Part shown: positions 54,961-60,956 of the stretch, piece by piece
Position numbering within the stretch: position 1 is the stretch's first letter
Layout of the letters: every line of letters starts with the position of its first letter
Made by a program: the position numbers and the translations under genes
NCBI GenBank assembly: GCA_964631075.1
Contig: CAZVYP010000002.1
Coordinates: 1 to 60,956, forward strand
Direction: 5' to 3'
DNA: 60,956 bases
Origin: an uncultured Methanocellales archaeon
Lineage (GTDB): Archaea; Halobacteriota; JAWCLZ01
The notes under the pieces: model-generated
Databases searched by the model: none
What the model saw: only the letters and a program-made list of their open reading frames with translations
What the model was told of the DNA's origin: nothing

Positions 54961-55497
54961 GTGTCTATGAATGTAATAAGGGGAAAGATGGAAGTCAAGG
55001 TGATTAGAAGCCCGAACAGAAAAAAGACAGTTCAAGCTAAAGTTGTCGGGGGAACTCTCCTGGTCTACCTCCCCCTGGGAATAAACAGCGATGAGGAGCG
55101 AAAGCTTATCGCACGTATGAAGGAAAAAATCGAGAAAAAGCAGCTTAAGAGTCGGATCAACAGAGAGTGCTGTCTGAGAGAGCGATTTGATTATTTTAAC
55201 AGAAAGTACTTCCAGGGAGAGCTCAGAGCTAGCTCAATCGAGTTTGTTACAAACCAGGAGAGCAAGATCGGGAGCTGCACTCCCTCCAGAGGCAGCATTC
55301 GAATCTCTCATAAGCTTCTAACTATGCCACGCTGGGTGCTTGACTATGTTATAATGCATGAGATGACCCATCTCATATATTCCAATCACTCAAAAGCATT
55401 CTGGGCTAAAGCTGGCGAGTATAAATATACAGAGAGGGCAAGAGGCTTCTTAATCGCAAAAGGCATGGAAGAAACAGAACCGGAGCAGTTGAAATGA
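54961..55497 (+). CDS. DUF45/YgjP-like zinc metallohydrolase
   Basis: 178 aa with RISHKLLTMPRWVLDYVIMHEMTHLIYSNHSKAFW (HExxH with the family context). Confidence 0.75.
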   Translation: MSMNVIRGKMEVKVIRSPNRKKTVQAKVVGGTLLVYLPLGINSDEERKLIARMKEKIEKKQLKSRINRECCLRERFDYFNRKYFQGELRASSIEFVTNQESKIGSCTPSRGSIRISHKLLTMPRWVLDYVIMHEMTHLIYSNHSKAFWAKAGEYKYTERARGFLIAKGMEETEPEQLK

Positions 55498-56507
55498 ACC
55501 TTGCTTTTGAGCTCTCAGGCGAAAATGAAAATCTCGCCAAGGCAGAGGTGCTTGGATATCTTGCAAGCACAGAGCTGGAATACCAGGTGCTGGCATCTTT
55601 AAAACAGCTGCTGCTCGTAGAAATTAATTCACTCCCACGCGATGCTGCAAGTAGACTTGCGATGACGCATCGCATAATCGAAGTGCTGGGGATATGCAAT
55701 GCTGATGAAAAATGTATTGTGTCGATGGTCAGAAAACTGAAGCTGGATCTGGAGCAATGGCAAAAGTTCTGTGTTCGCGTGAGAAAAACTGGAGAGTCAA
55801 AGACGCCTATAAGCACTGTTCAACTGGAGAAAAAAATCGGTGAGCTAATACATAGAAGAGGTTACAGCGTTGACCTTAAAAATCCCGATGCTGTGCTCAG
55901 ACTGATTCTTTCTGACAATCTGGCTATATTTGGAAAGGTGCTGCAAACAATCGAAAGGGGGAAGTTCGAGGAACGAAGTCCGCAGTTGAAGCCTTTTTTC
56001 CACCCCGGCGTGCTCTTGCCACATATCGCCCGAGCACTGGTTAATATCTCACAGATAAAAAGCAAAGAGCTATTGCTGGACCCATTTTGCGGCACAGGTG
56101 GAGTGCTGGTTGAGGCAGGACTGGCAGGAGCAAAAGTTATCGGCAGCGATTTTCAGAGCAAAATGGTGAGAGGTGCAAAGCTGAACCTGGATTGCTATAA
56201 AGCAGAGTACTTTCTCTTCACAGGAGATGCCTGCAATCTGCCATTAAAGCACGAATGCATTGATTCAATTGTTACAGATCCACCTTACGGGAGATCCGCA
56301 CGAATTGGAGCAAAGGATATCGAAGATCTCTACAGGAAAGCACTGATTGAGATGCACCGGGTTTTAAAGGACAATAAAATCGCAATTGTGGTCGCACAGC
56401 AAACCATTGAATCACTGGCCAGGGATGCCGGATTTGAAATCCAGGGTGTTATAAAGCAGCGAGTGCATAAAAGCATGACCAGGCACATATATATACTGCG
56501 AAAATAA
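55494..56507 (+). CDS. trm11: tRNA (guanine10-N2)-methyltransferase Trm11/TrmG10 (THUMP + MTase)
   Basis: 337 aa with an N-terminal THUMP-like half, motif I LLDPFCGTGGVLVEAG, and motif IV VTDPPYG. Confidence 0.82.
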   Translation: MNLAFELSGENENLAKAEVLGYLASTELEYQVLASLKQLLLVEINSLPRDAASRLAMTHRIIEVLGICNADEKCIVSMVRKLKLDLEQWQKFCVRVRKTGESKTPISTVQLEKKIGELIHRRGYSVDLKNPDAVLRLILSDNLAIFGKVLQTIERGKFEERSPQLKPFFHPGVLLPHIARALVNISQIKSKELLLDPFCGTGGVLVEAGLAGAKVIGSDFQSKMVRGAKLNLDCYKAEYFLFTGDACNLPLKHECIDSIVTDPPYGRSARIGAKDIEDLYRKALIEMHRVLKDNKIAIVVAQQTIESLARDAGFEIQGVIKQRVHKSMTRHIYILRK

Positions 56508-56666
56508 AAAAACCTCATCCTGAGGGCGCACAGGGCAAATACAATAAATAAACAGCAGATTTCGGGACAATCTTCTATCTCGTTAAAAAACAATCATGAT
56601 TGAAAAAGTTTAATTTGAATACTATAAAAAACAAGTTTTAAATATTTTTAAGTAAAATTTTATCTC

Positions 56667-57020
56667 GTGACCTTTCACAATAAGCGTAAGAACCCTCATC
56701 AGACCTATCAGATTCTCACGGATTCGGGATTAAGATCGATCACAAAAAGCTATGCCAGACTATACATCATGGACCTGCTCTATCGAGAGCCACAGGGGCT
56801 AACCTCTACAATGATCTATTGCAATTACAAGGATAAACTCCAGGAAAGTGAAGCCGGCGAGGATTCGGCGAGATCTCGATCTAATATAATAGATCACCTC
56901 AATGAATTAGAGGGAGAGAACATAATTCAAAAAGGGGTTTTCAAGCAATATATACTCACGGAAAAAGGGCGCAAGGTCTTTGAGATAACAATGAAACTCG
57001 CCAGGAAAATAAGGCAATAA
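56667..57020 (+). CDS. hypothetical winged-helix-like protein flanking the cassette array
   Basis: 117 aa (GTG start in the track). LYREPQGLTSTMIY...NIIDHLNELEGENIIQKG looks like an HTH plus wing. It is convergent with the minus-strand array. Confidence 0.4.
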   Translation: MTFHNKRKNPHQTYQILTDSGLRSITKSYARLYIMDLLYREPQGLTSTMIYCNYKDKLQESEAGEDSARSRSNIIDHLNELEGENIIQKGVFKQYILTEKGRKVFEITMKLARKIRQ

Positions 57021-57049
57021 AAATCAAATTCCTTTTTCCCGCTCTGAAT

Positions 57050-57254
57050 TTATCTGGATAGAGTTAAGTAATCGCTCTCGATTTTGGCTCTCCTTCTGTT
57101 CCGGCTATTTTTAATATCGTGCCAGACTCCTTTTAGTGGAAGGTATCGAGTCCGACCTTTTGCCAGACATTTTCTTTCGTTCTTCTTTAACTGAGCTCCT
57201 CGCTTTTATACTGGGTCTTATTCTTCTTTGAATATTCATAATATTTCTTGTCAT
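57050..57254 (-). pseudogene. decayed copy of the TM-less Trp-repeat gene (B3-type)
   Basis: Three frames each carry a piece. They read MTRNIMNIQRRIRPSIKARSSVKEERK, then ENVWQKVGLDTFH, then KGVWHDIKNSRNRRRAKIESDYLTLSR-stop. The last two align with B3 (KTWSDVKVGMGSYTYDAQRVWEDIKADRERRKSKSAQSYLVEDV). Confidence 0.45.
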
Positions 57255-57280
57255 TAACTTCTCACCCCTGCAATTTTTTC

Positions 57281-57604
57281 TCAATATTTGCCCGTCAGAT
57301 ATGCCTCAATGTATCTGCCTTTTTTTCTGCTGTTACCGTCTTTCAGCTCGTACCATACTCTTCTGGCGCTGGAATCGTAGGTATCAACTTTATTTTTTGT
57401 GTATCTCCACCTCCTCTGTGCTCTGACTTCATGTTTTACTGTTCTCCACAGCCAGTTTATCTTCAGGTTGTTTCTTACACTTCTCCAGATCGCGTTGTCG
57501 CCTCTGAGGAGTCCGGCTTTCTGCTTTTTGATGAGCAATTCGATTTCTTTGATTGCTATTTTTCGGCCAATTGACAGACCTGTTATTATGCCGAATAAAA
57601 TCAT
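57281..57604 (-). CDS. cassette A, TM-anchored Trp-repeat protein (A2)
   Basis: The ATG at 57604 overlaps the A1 stop (TAATG); the track starts at GTG 57622. Sequence: MILFGIITGLSIGRKIAIKEIE..., with W boxes AIWRSV, RRWRYT, RVWYEL and the tail EAYLTGKY. Confidence 0.65.
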   Translation of the reverse strand: MILFGIITGLSIGRKIAIKEIELLIKKQKAGLLRGDNAIWRSVRNNLKINWLWRTVKHEVRAQRRWRYTKNKVDTYDSSARRVWYELKDGNSRKKGRYIEAYLTGKY

Positions 57605-57744
57605 TAATAAGATGTCCTGCACTTTCTCACGCCCTTTTTCTTTTTCTCGAAATTCATTGCGACTTTGATTTTAGTTAAAACTCGCCCAAATTCGATTCCT
57701 AAGAGGAAACCGAGCCCAAACGCGAGCAATAATCCAGCATTCAT
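57604..57744 (-). CDS. cassette A, glycine-zipper mini membrane protein (A1, 46 aa)
   Basis: Below the track cutoff. My translation is MNAGLLLAFGLGFLLGIEFGRVLTKIKVAMNFEKKKKGVRKCRTSY. It shares the GxGxxxGxxxGR plus basic-tail design of B1, C1 and D1. Confidence 0.6.
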   Translation of the reverse strand: MNAGLLLAFGLGFLLGIEFGRVLTKIKVAMNFEKKKKGVRKCRTSY

Positions 57745-57790
57745 CAGATATCTCCACTTTTTCTCTAATTATCAGTTATATTTGTCACAG

Positions 57791-57806
57791 AATAAAATTA
57801 GTCGTC
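57791..57806 (-). promoter_or_regulatory. conserved 16-nt cassette box GACGACTAATTTTATT (cassette A)
   Basis: On the + strand it reads aataaaattagtcgtc. It lies ~50-65 nt upstream of the A1 ATG. The same 16-mer is present before B1, C1 and D1. Confidence 0.6.
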
Positions 57807-57980
57807 AATATTTTGAAAATGTTTATCATATTTATTGAATTATTTATTTTATTTTAAAAAATAAGTTCATAAATTTAATGTTATGTTTATAAATTAAAAT
57901 ATTATTCAAAAATATAAACAATTTCTCAGAATATATACACTTTAGTCACTCTTTCGTGACTTAATACCTACCGGATGCGA

Positions 57981-58226
57981 TTAAACATCTTCTACAAGAT
58001 AGCTCTGTGCAGATTTACTCTTTCTCCGCTCACGATCAGCCTTTATATCTTCCCAGACTCTCTGAGCATCATATGTATAGGAACCCATACCAACTTTTAC
58101 ATCGCTCCAGGTCTTGTTTACCTTCAACTCACTTCTCGTTAACTCCCACCGGCGATTGACTTTGAACCCCCTCCTTAATTTTTTCCATACCGTATTTTCT
58201 TTAACGGTTACATTTTTTACTGCCAT
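57981..58226 (-). CDS. cassette B, TM-less Trp-repeat protein (B3)
   Basis: 81 aa with W boxes TVWKKL, RRWELT, KTWSDV, RVWEDI and the tail QSYLVEDV. GGTGA lies 7 nt upstream of the ATG. Confidence 0.6.
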   Translation of the reverse strand: MAVKNVTVKENTVWKKLRRGFKVNRRWELTRSELKVNKTWSDVKVGMGSYTYDAQRVWEDIKADRERRKSKSAQSYLVEDV

Positions 58227-58237
58227 ATTTTTTCACC

Positions 58238-58594
58238 TCAATTTGAGATCAAATACTTGCTTGAAAGCTCTCGCTTTCTGCGCCTCATAGCTATGTTAAC
58301 GTCGTTCCAGGTTTGAAGTGCTTTCATATCGTAGAAAATTAAATCTCTTTCTGTAGACTCCCAGATTCGATTTACTTTCAGACGATTCTTGGAACCCTCC
58401 CATCTTCTGCTGATGTTCAGGTTACTTTTAAGCTCGTTGTATGCGTTTTGAAACTTTATGCACTCCCACACCCTATTTCTTGGCACAATTTCTCTTTTTG
58501 CAGATCTGAACATCATTTCCACTTCTTTAACCGCAATTCTGTGACCAAGACTCAAACCTGTTGCAACCCCCAATGCAAATAGCACCAGAGTCAT
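58238..58594 (-). CDS. cassette B, TM-anchored Trp-repeat protein (B2)
   Basis: The ATG at 58594 overlaps the B1 stop (ATGA); the track start is 58600. Sequence: MTLVLFALGVATGLSLGHRIAVKEVE..., with RVWECI, RRWEGS, RIWEST, QTWNDV and the tail SKYLISN. Confidence 0.68.
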   Translation of the reverse strand: MTLVLFALGVATGLSLGHRIAVKEVEMMFRSAKREIVPRNRVWECIKFQNAYNELKSNLNISRRWEGSKNRLKVNRIWESTERDLIFYDMKALQTWNDVNIAMRRRKRELSSKYLISN

Positions 58595-58737
58595 CTGCAT
58601 GCTTTCACTTCCTGGATTCTTTTTTTCTTCAATCTCGATTCGTAAACCAGAGCAAGCTTTAGCTTGGTGATGAGCCTGCCCAGGAATGCACCCATTACAA
58701 GTCCGGAGCCAATTGCAAGTAAATAGGCTTCTTCCAT
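58591..58737 (-). CDS. cassette B, glycine-zipper mini membrane protein (B1, 48 aa)
   Basis: Below the track cutoff. Sequence: MEEAYLLAIGSGLVMGAFLGRLITKLKLALVYESRLKKKRIQEVKACR. GGTGA lies just upstream of the ATG. Confidence 0.65.
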   Translation of the reverse strand: MEEAYLLAIGSGLVMGAFLGRLITKLKLALVYESRLKKKRIQEVKACR

Positions 58738-58785
58738 TTTTTCACCAATCTTATATCTCTAAATTTGACTCTGTTTGGAAAGGGG

Positions 58786-58801
58786 AATAAAATTAGTCGT
58801 C
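58786..58801 (-). promoter_or_regulatory. conserved 16-nt cassette box (cassette B)
   Basis: Identical 16-mer, ~50-65 nt upstream of the B1 ATG (58737). Confidence 0.6.
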
Positions 58802-58924
58802 ATTAAAGATTGTTATCTGTAAAATGTAACATAATCACTACTTATTTCTAAAAATTCTTTTAAAAAAACGTAATTATGTATTTTTCTAAAAAATTTTATA
58901 AATAAATAAAAAATATGTTTAAAA

Positions 58925-59320
58925 TTACAACTCTTGGTCAGAAGTCTCATCTGTCAAATATTTGCTGGATAAATCGAATTTCCCTGGCTTTCGGGAAACC
59001 TTGATTTCCTCCCAGTTTGCAATTGACTTGAGATTATATCCATCAAGTCCCGTTCTTACACCCTGCCAGACCCTGTTTATTTCCACACTTCTTTTTGCCT
59101 CATTCCAGTCCTTGTTAACCCTGTATTTTTTCTTTAAATCTCTCCAGGTTTTGTTGGACTTGAAACTATTTCTGACACTCAGCCAGACCCTGTTCCCCCT
59201 GACCTTGCCACTTTTAGCAAGGTTAAACATAATTTCTACTTCTTTCATCGCAACCTTGCTTCCAACAGTCACACCGCCAACCGTTCCAGCTGCAAATAGA
59301 ATGAGAACTGTTTCAATCAT
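58925..59320 (-). CDS. cassette C, TM-anchored Trp-repeat protein (C2)
   Basis: The ATG at 59320 overlaps the C1 stop (ATGA); the track starts at GTG 59329. Sequence: MIETVLILFAAGTVGGVTVGSKVAMKEVE.... Using the numbering of the track ORF that starts at 59329, Trp sits at residues 49, 62, 75 and 88 (13-aa period), then 106. The tail is SKYLTDE. Confidence 0.7.
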   Translation of the reverse strand: MIETVLILFAAGTVGGVTVGSKVAMKEVEIMFNLAKSGKVRGNRVWLSVRNSFKSNKTWRDLKKKYRVNKDWNEAKRSVEINRVWQGVRTGLDGYNLKSIANWEEIKVSRKPGKFDLSSKYLTDETSDQEL

Positions 59321-59463
59321 CTTACGCACACTCCCTTATCTGCCCTGCGTTTCTTTAATCGCCACTCGTAGATCAATGCGAGTTTTAACTTTGTAATAAA
59401 TCTGCCGAGGATCATTCCAAATGCAAATCCCGAGCCTATGGCAACAAGATATATGTTTTCCAT
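59317..59463 (-). CDS. cassette C, glycine-zipper mini membrane protein (C1, 48 aa)
   Basis: Internal ATG of track ORF 59317..59532. Sequence: MENIYLVAIGSGFAFGMILGRFITKLKLALIYEWRLKKRRADKGVCVR. GGTGA lies 6 nt upstream. The upstream part of the track ORF is the conserved leader, not coding. Confidence 0.68.
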   Translation of the reverse strand: MENIYLVAIGSGFAFGMILGRFITKLKLALIYEWRLKKRRADKGVCVR

Positions 59464-59530
59464 ATGCGTCACCATCAACGTCTTTTCTACAAATAAACAT
59501 ATATTAAAGCTCAAAATAAAATTAGTCGTC
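59459..59530 (-). repeat. 72-nt perfect repeat copy 1 (promoter + leader + start codon of C1)
   Basis: Base-for-base identical to 60309-60380, checked in 10-mers: catatgcgtc accatcaacg tcttttctac aaataaacat atattaaagc tcaaaataaa attagtcgtc. Confidence 0.95.
59515..59530 (-). promoter_or_regulatory. conserved 16-nt cassette box (cassette C)
   Basis: Identical 16-mer, 52-67 nt upstream of the C1 ATG (59463). A TATA-like TTTAATATAT lies between the box and the ATG. Confidence 0.6.
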
Positions 59531-59734
59531 ATTAAACAAATTATATTTTAAAAATAAACATAATTTTCACTTATTTTTCAAAATTTCTATCTTTTTTAAA
59601 AATATATTAAATTTATTTAGTAATTATGTATTTAAGATGAATTTAAAATAATTTTTCAAAGAATTACTAAAAAAAATAAACTATTCTATAAAAAAATAGT
59701 AATTTTGTTTTATTGCTAGTTATGTTTTATCAAA

Positions 59735-60148
59735 CTACTTTTTGTCAGATGTTTGATTAACCAGGTACTGGCCGGAGACATCGAATCTATCCTTCTTCTG
59801 CTCAAATCTTATCGCCGACCACTTTTCACTTTGTTTCTCCCAGCTCTTATTTGCAGTTGCACGATAATCCTTTACATTACGCTTTACGCTATTCCACTTA
59901 TCGTTTTTGCCAAAGTCGTTCTTAACCTCATTCCAGCCCCTGTTAACCCTGTAGCTCTTCTTCACAGAACTCCATGTTTTATTCTTCCTGAAGCCAGACT
60001 TAATGCTCTCCCACTTTCTATTGCAGCGAGTTCTTCCACTCCTCGCCATGGCGAACATTATTTCCACTTCCTTCATCGCAACCTTGCTTCCAATCGTCAG
60101 GCCACCGGCAGCACCTGCCGCGAATAGAATCAAAATTGTTTGCAACAT
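59735..60148 (-). CDS. cassette D, TM-anchored Trp-repeat protein (D2)
   Basis: 137 aa. Sequence: MLQTILILFAAGAAGGLTIGSKVAMKEVE.... Trp sits at residues 46, 59, 72 and 85 (13-aa period), then 103 and 110. The tail is GQYLVNQ. GGAGGT lies ~9 nt upstream of the ATG. Confidence 0.7.
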   Translation of the reverse strand: MLQTILILFAAGAAGGLTIGSKVAMKEVEIMFAMARSGRTRCNRKWESIKSGFRKNKTWSSVKKSYRVNRGWNEVKNDFGKNDKWNSVKRNVKDYRATANKSWEKQSEKWSAIRFEQKKDRFDVSGQYLVNQTSDKK

Positions 60149-60154
60149 ACCACA

Positions 60155-60313
60155 TCAACCTCCTTCGACCTTTACAGTTTCAGCCCTAATCCGAGCTTTC
60201 TTCTTCAACCGCGATTCATAAACCAGGGCAATCTTCAGCTTAGTAATCAAACGACCCATAAAAGCACCAAACACCAACCCACACAACACAGCCAACACAT
60301 AAACATTCTCCAT
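60155..60313 (-). CDS. cassette D, glycine-zipper mini membrane protein (D1, 52 aa)
   Basis: Internal ATG of track ORF 60155..60364. Sequence: MENVYVLAVLCGLVFGAFMGRLITKLKIALVYESRLKKKARIRAETVKVEGG. Its leader is identical to that of C1. Confidence 0.68.
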   Translation of the reverse strand: MENVYVLAVLCGLVFGAFMGRLITKLKIALVYESRLKKKARIRAETVKVEGG

Positions 60314-60380
60314 ATGCGTCACCATCAACGTCTTTTCTACAAATAAACATATATTAAAGCTCAAAATAAAATTAGTCGTC
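60309..60380 (-). repeat. 72-nt perfect repeat copy 2 (promoter + leader + start codon of D1)
   Basis: Identical to 59459-59530. The flanking coding sequences are clearly diverged. Confidence 0.95.
60365..60380 (-). promoter_or_regulatory. conserved 16-nt cassette box (cassette D)
   Basis: Identical 16-mer, 52-67 nt upstream of the D1 ATG (60313). Confidence 0.6.
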
Positions 60381-60598
60381 TTAAAACTATTTTATTTGTT
60401 ATAATTTACCTTTTTTTTATTTTTTTAACATAATCACTTTAAATTTAATTAAAAATTAATTAAATGCAGTATTATTTTATTTTAAATCATTTTTACATTT
60501 TAAAATACATAAAATCTAAAAATTTTTGAAAGAGATATTGTTCAAAAAAGCATTAGTTTGTTAATTAAAATAAAAAAATGTAAATTGTTACATTATGT

Positions 60599-60956
60599 CT
60601 ATTTATTTTCTGGCTGCTCTTTCGTCAGGTAGTTTGCGGAGACGCCATATTTATCGCGCTTCTGCTCCTCCTTCAGGCTATTCCATTTATCCTGCTGAGA
60701 CTTCCATCTTTCGTCAGTGCGCTTACGATATGTCTTTACGCTTAGCTTGGCAGCATTCCACTTTTCATTGCTTCTGAGATCCTCCTTGATATCCTGCAGG
60801 TTCTGCTTCGTTTTCTCCCAGCCAACATTTGTCCTGTAGCTCTTTTTAACGTCTGCCCAGCGATCGTTCTTCTTAAAGTTTGCTTTTACGTCTTCCCATC
60901 TCTTATTTTTTCGTCTAACTCCTGTCTTTGACAGTTTCCACATCATTTCTACTTCG
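60599..60956 (-). CDS. cassette E, Trp-repeat protein (E2), N-terminus beyond the window end
   Basis: The frame stays open to the window edge. The edge codons read EVEMMWKLSKTG, which aligns with KEVEIMFAMARSG of D2, so the TM part lies outside the window. W boxes: KRWEDV, DRWADV, VGWEKT, EKWNAA, ERWKSQ, DKWNSL. The tail is ANYLTKE. Confidence 0.7.
   Translation of the reverse strand, partial: EVEMMWKLSKTGVRRKNKRWEDVKANFKKNDRWADVKKSYRTNVGWEKTKQNLQDIKEDLRSNEKWNAAKLSVKTYRKRTDERWKSQQDKWNSLKEEQKRDKYGVSANYLTKEQPENK

Noticed and set aside
55406-55816. 136-aa minus-strand ORF
   Set aside because: It is antisense to the DUF45 gene end and the trm11 start. It has no motifs.
58962-60127. Plus-strand ORFs 58962..59396 (144 aa) and 59753..60127 (124 aa) across the cassette array
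   Set aside because: The minus strand carries the SD boxes, the ATGA/TAATG couplings, the TM helices obeying the positive-inside rule, and conserved motifs across five paralogs. The plus-strand products are Leu/Ser/Pro/Thr-rich mirror images. They remain a formal alternative until expression data exist.
57745-60598. Could the regularly spaced AT-rich segments be a CRISPR array or a satellite?
   Set aside because: The units are 730-1000 bp, unequal, and mostly protein-coding. The only exact repeats are the 16-nt box and one 72-nt pair. There are no short repeat-spacer alternation and no cas genes.
1-60956. Scan for tRNA, rRNA, transposase or integrase genes and CRISPR arrays
   Set aside because: I found none by eye. 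All intergenic regions are AT-rich and lack the GC-rich stems of archaeal tRNAs. This is a visual scan only; tRNAscan-SE or Infernal would be needed for certainty.

Overview
This is an archaeal chromosomal window from a euryarchaeote that looks methanogen- or Methanosarcinales-like. The markers are GatDE, a methanogen-type SerRS, Tfx, TBP, RadA, uS15/eS1 and Rpo11. About 70 protein genes are tightly packed. I recognised no rRNA, tRNA, CRISPR array, transposase or integrase.

Housekeeping genes: radA, gatE/gatD, argH, ridA, mtnP, surE, rpiA, a class II HMG-CoA reductase, rps15, rps3ae, serS, two RecJ/GAN-like DHH proteins, pcc1, csl4, rpoL, aor, hisF, ogt, tbp and trm11.

Accessory blocks between them:
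1. A visibly AT-rich restriction-modification plus EVE-domain islet (2.1-5.8 kb) inserted next to radA.
2. A HEPN/MNT pair with a frameshifted HEPN, a Cd/Zn-type P1B ATPase with an ArsR repressor, a DUF4143 ATPase, and an ABC-2 exporter with a surface protein.
3. An orphan-gene patch followed by a compact operon (31.6-36.3 kb). The operon encodes a TFB-like protein, a MoxR AAA+ ATPase, a GXGXG beta-helix protein and a zincin-vWA fusion. A wHTH regulator is transcribed divergently from it.
4. A tandem array (57.0 kb to the window end, minus strand) of at least 5 paralogous cassettes. Each encodes a ~48-aa glycine-zipper mini-membrane protein coupled to a TM-anchored protein with a 13-residue Trp-centred basic repeat. 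The cassettes are separated by almost pure A/T spacers and share a conserved promoter box. I consider this the most striking candidate for something undescribed.

I also found genes missing from the ORF track: an edge-truncated HAD phosphatase, a 54-aa ORF coupled to ridA, a Trm112-like zinc ribbon, and the mini-TM ORFs. There are two 1-nt frameshifted genes (HEPN and a secreted caspase-like peptidase).

All family calls come from motif recognition by eye. No database search or numeric computation was run.
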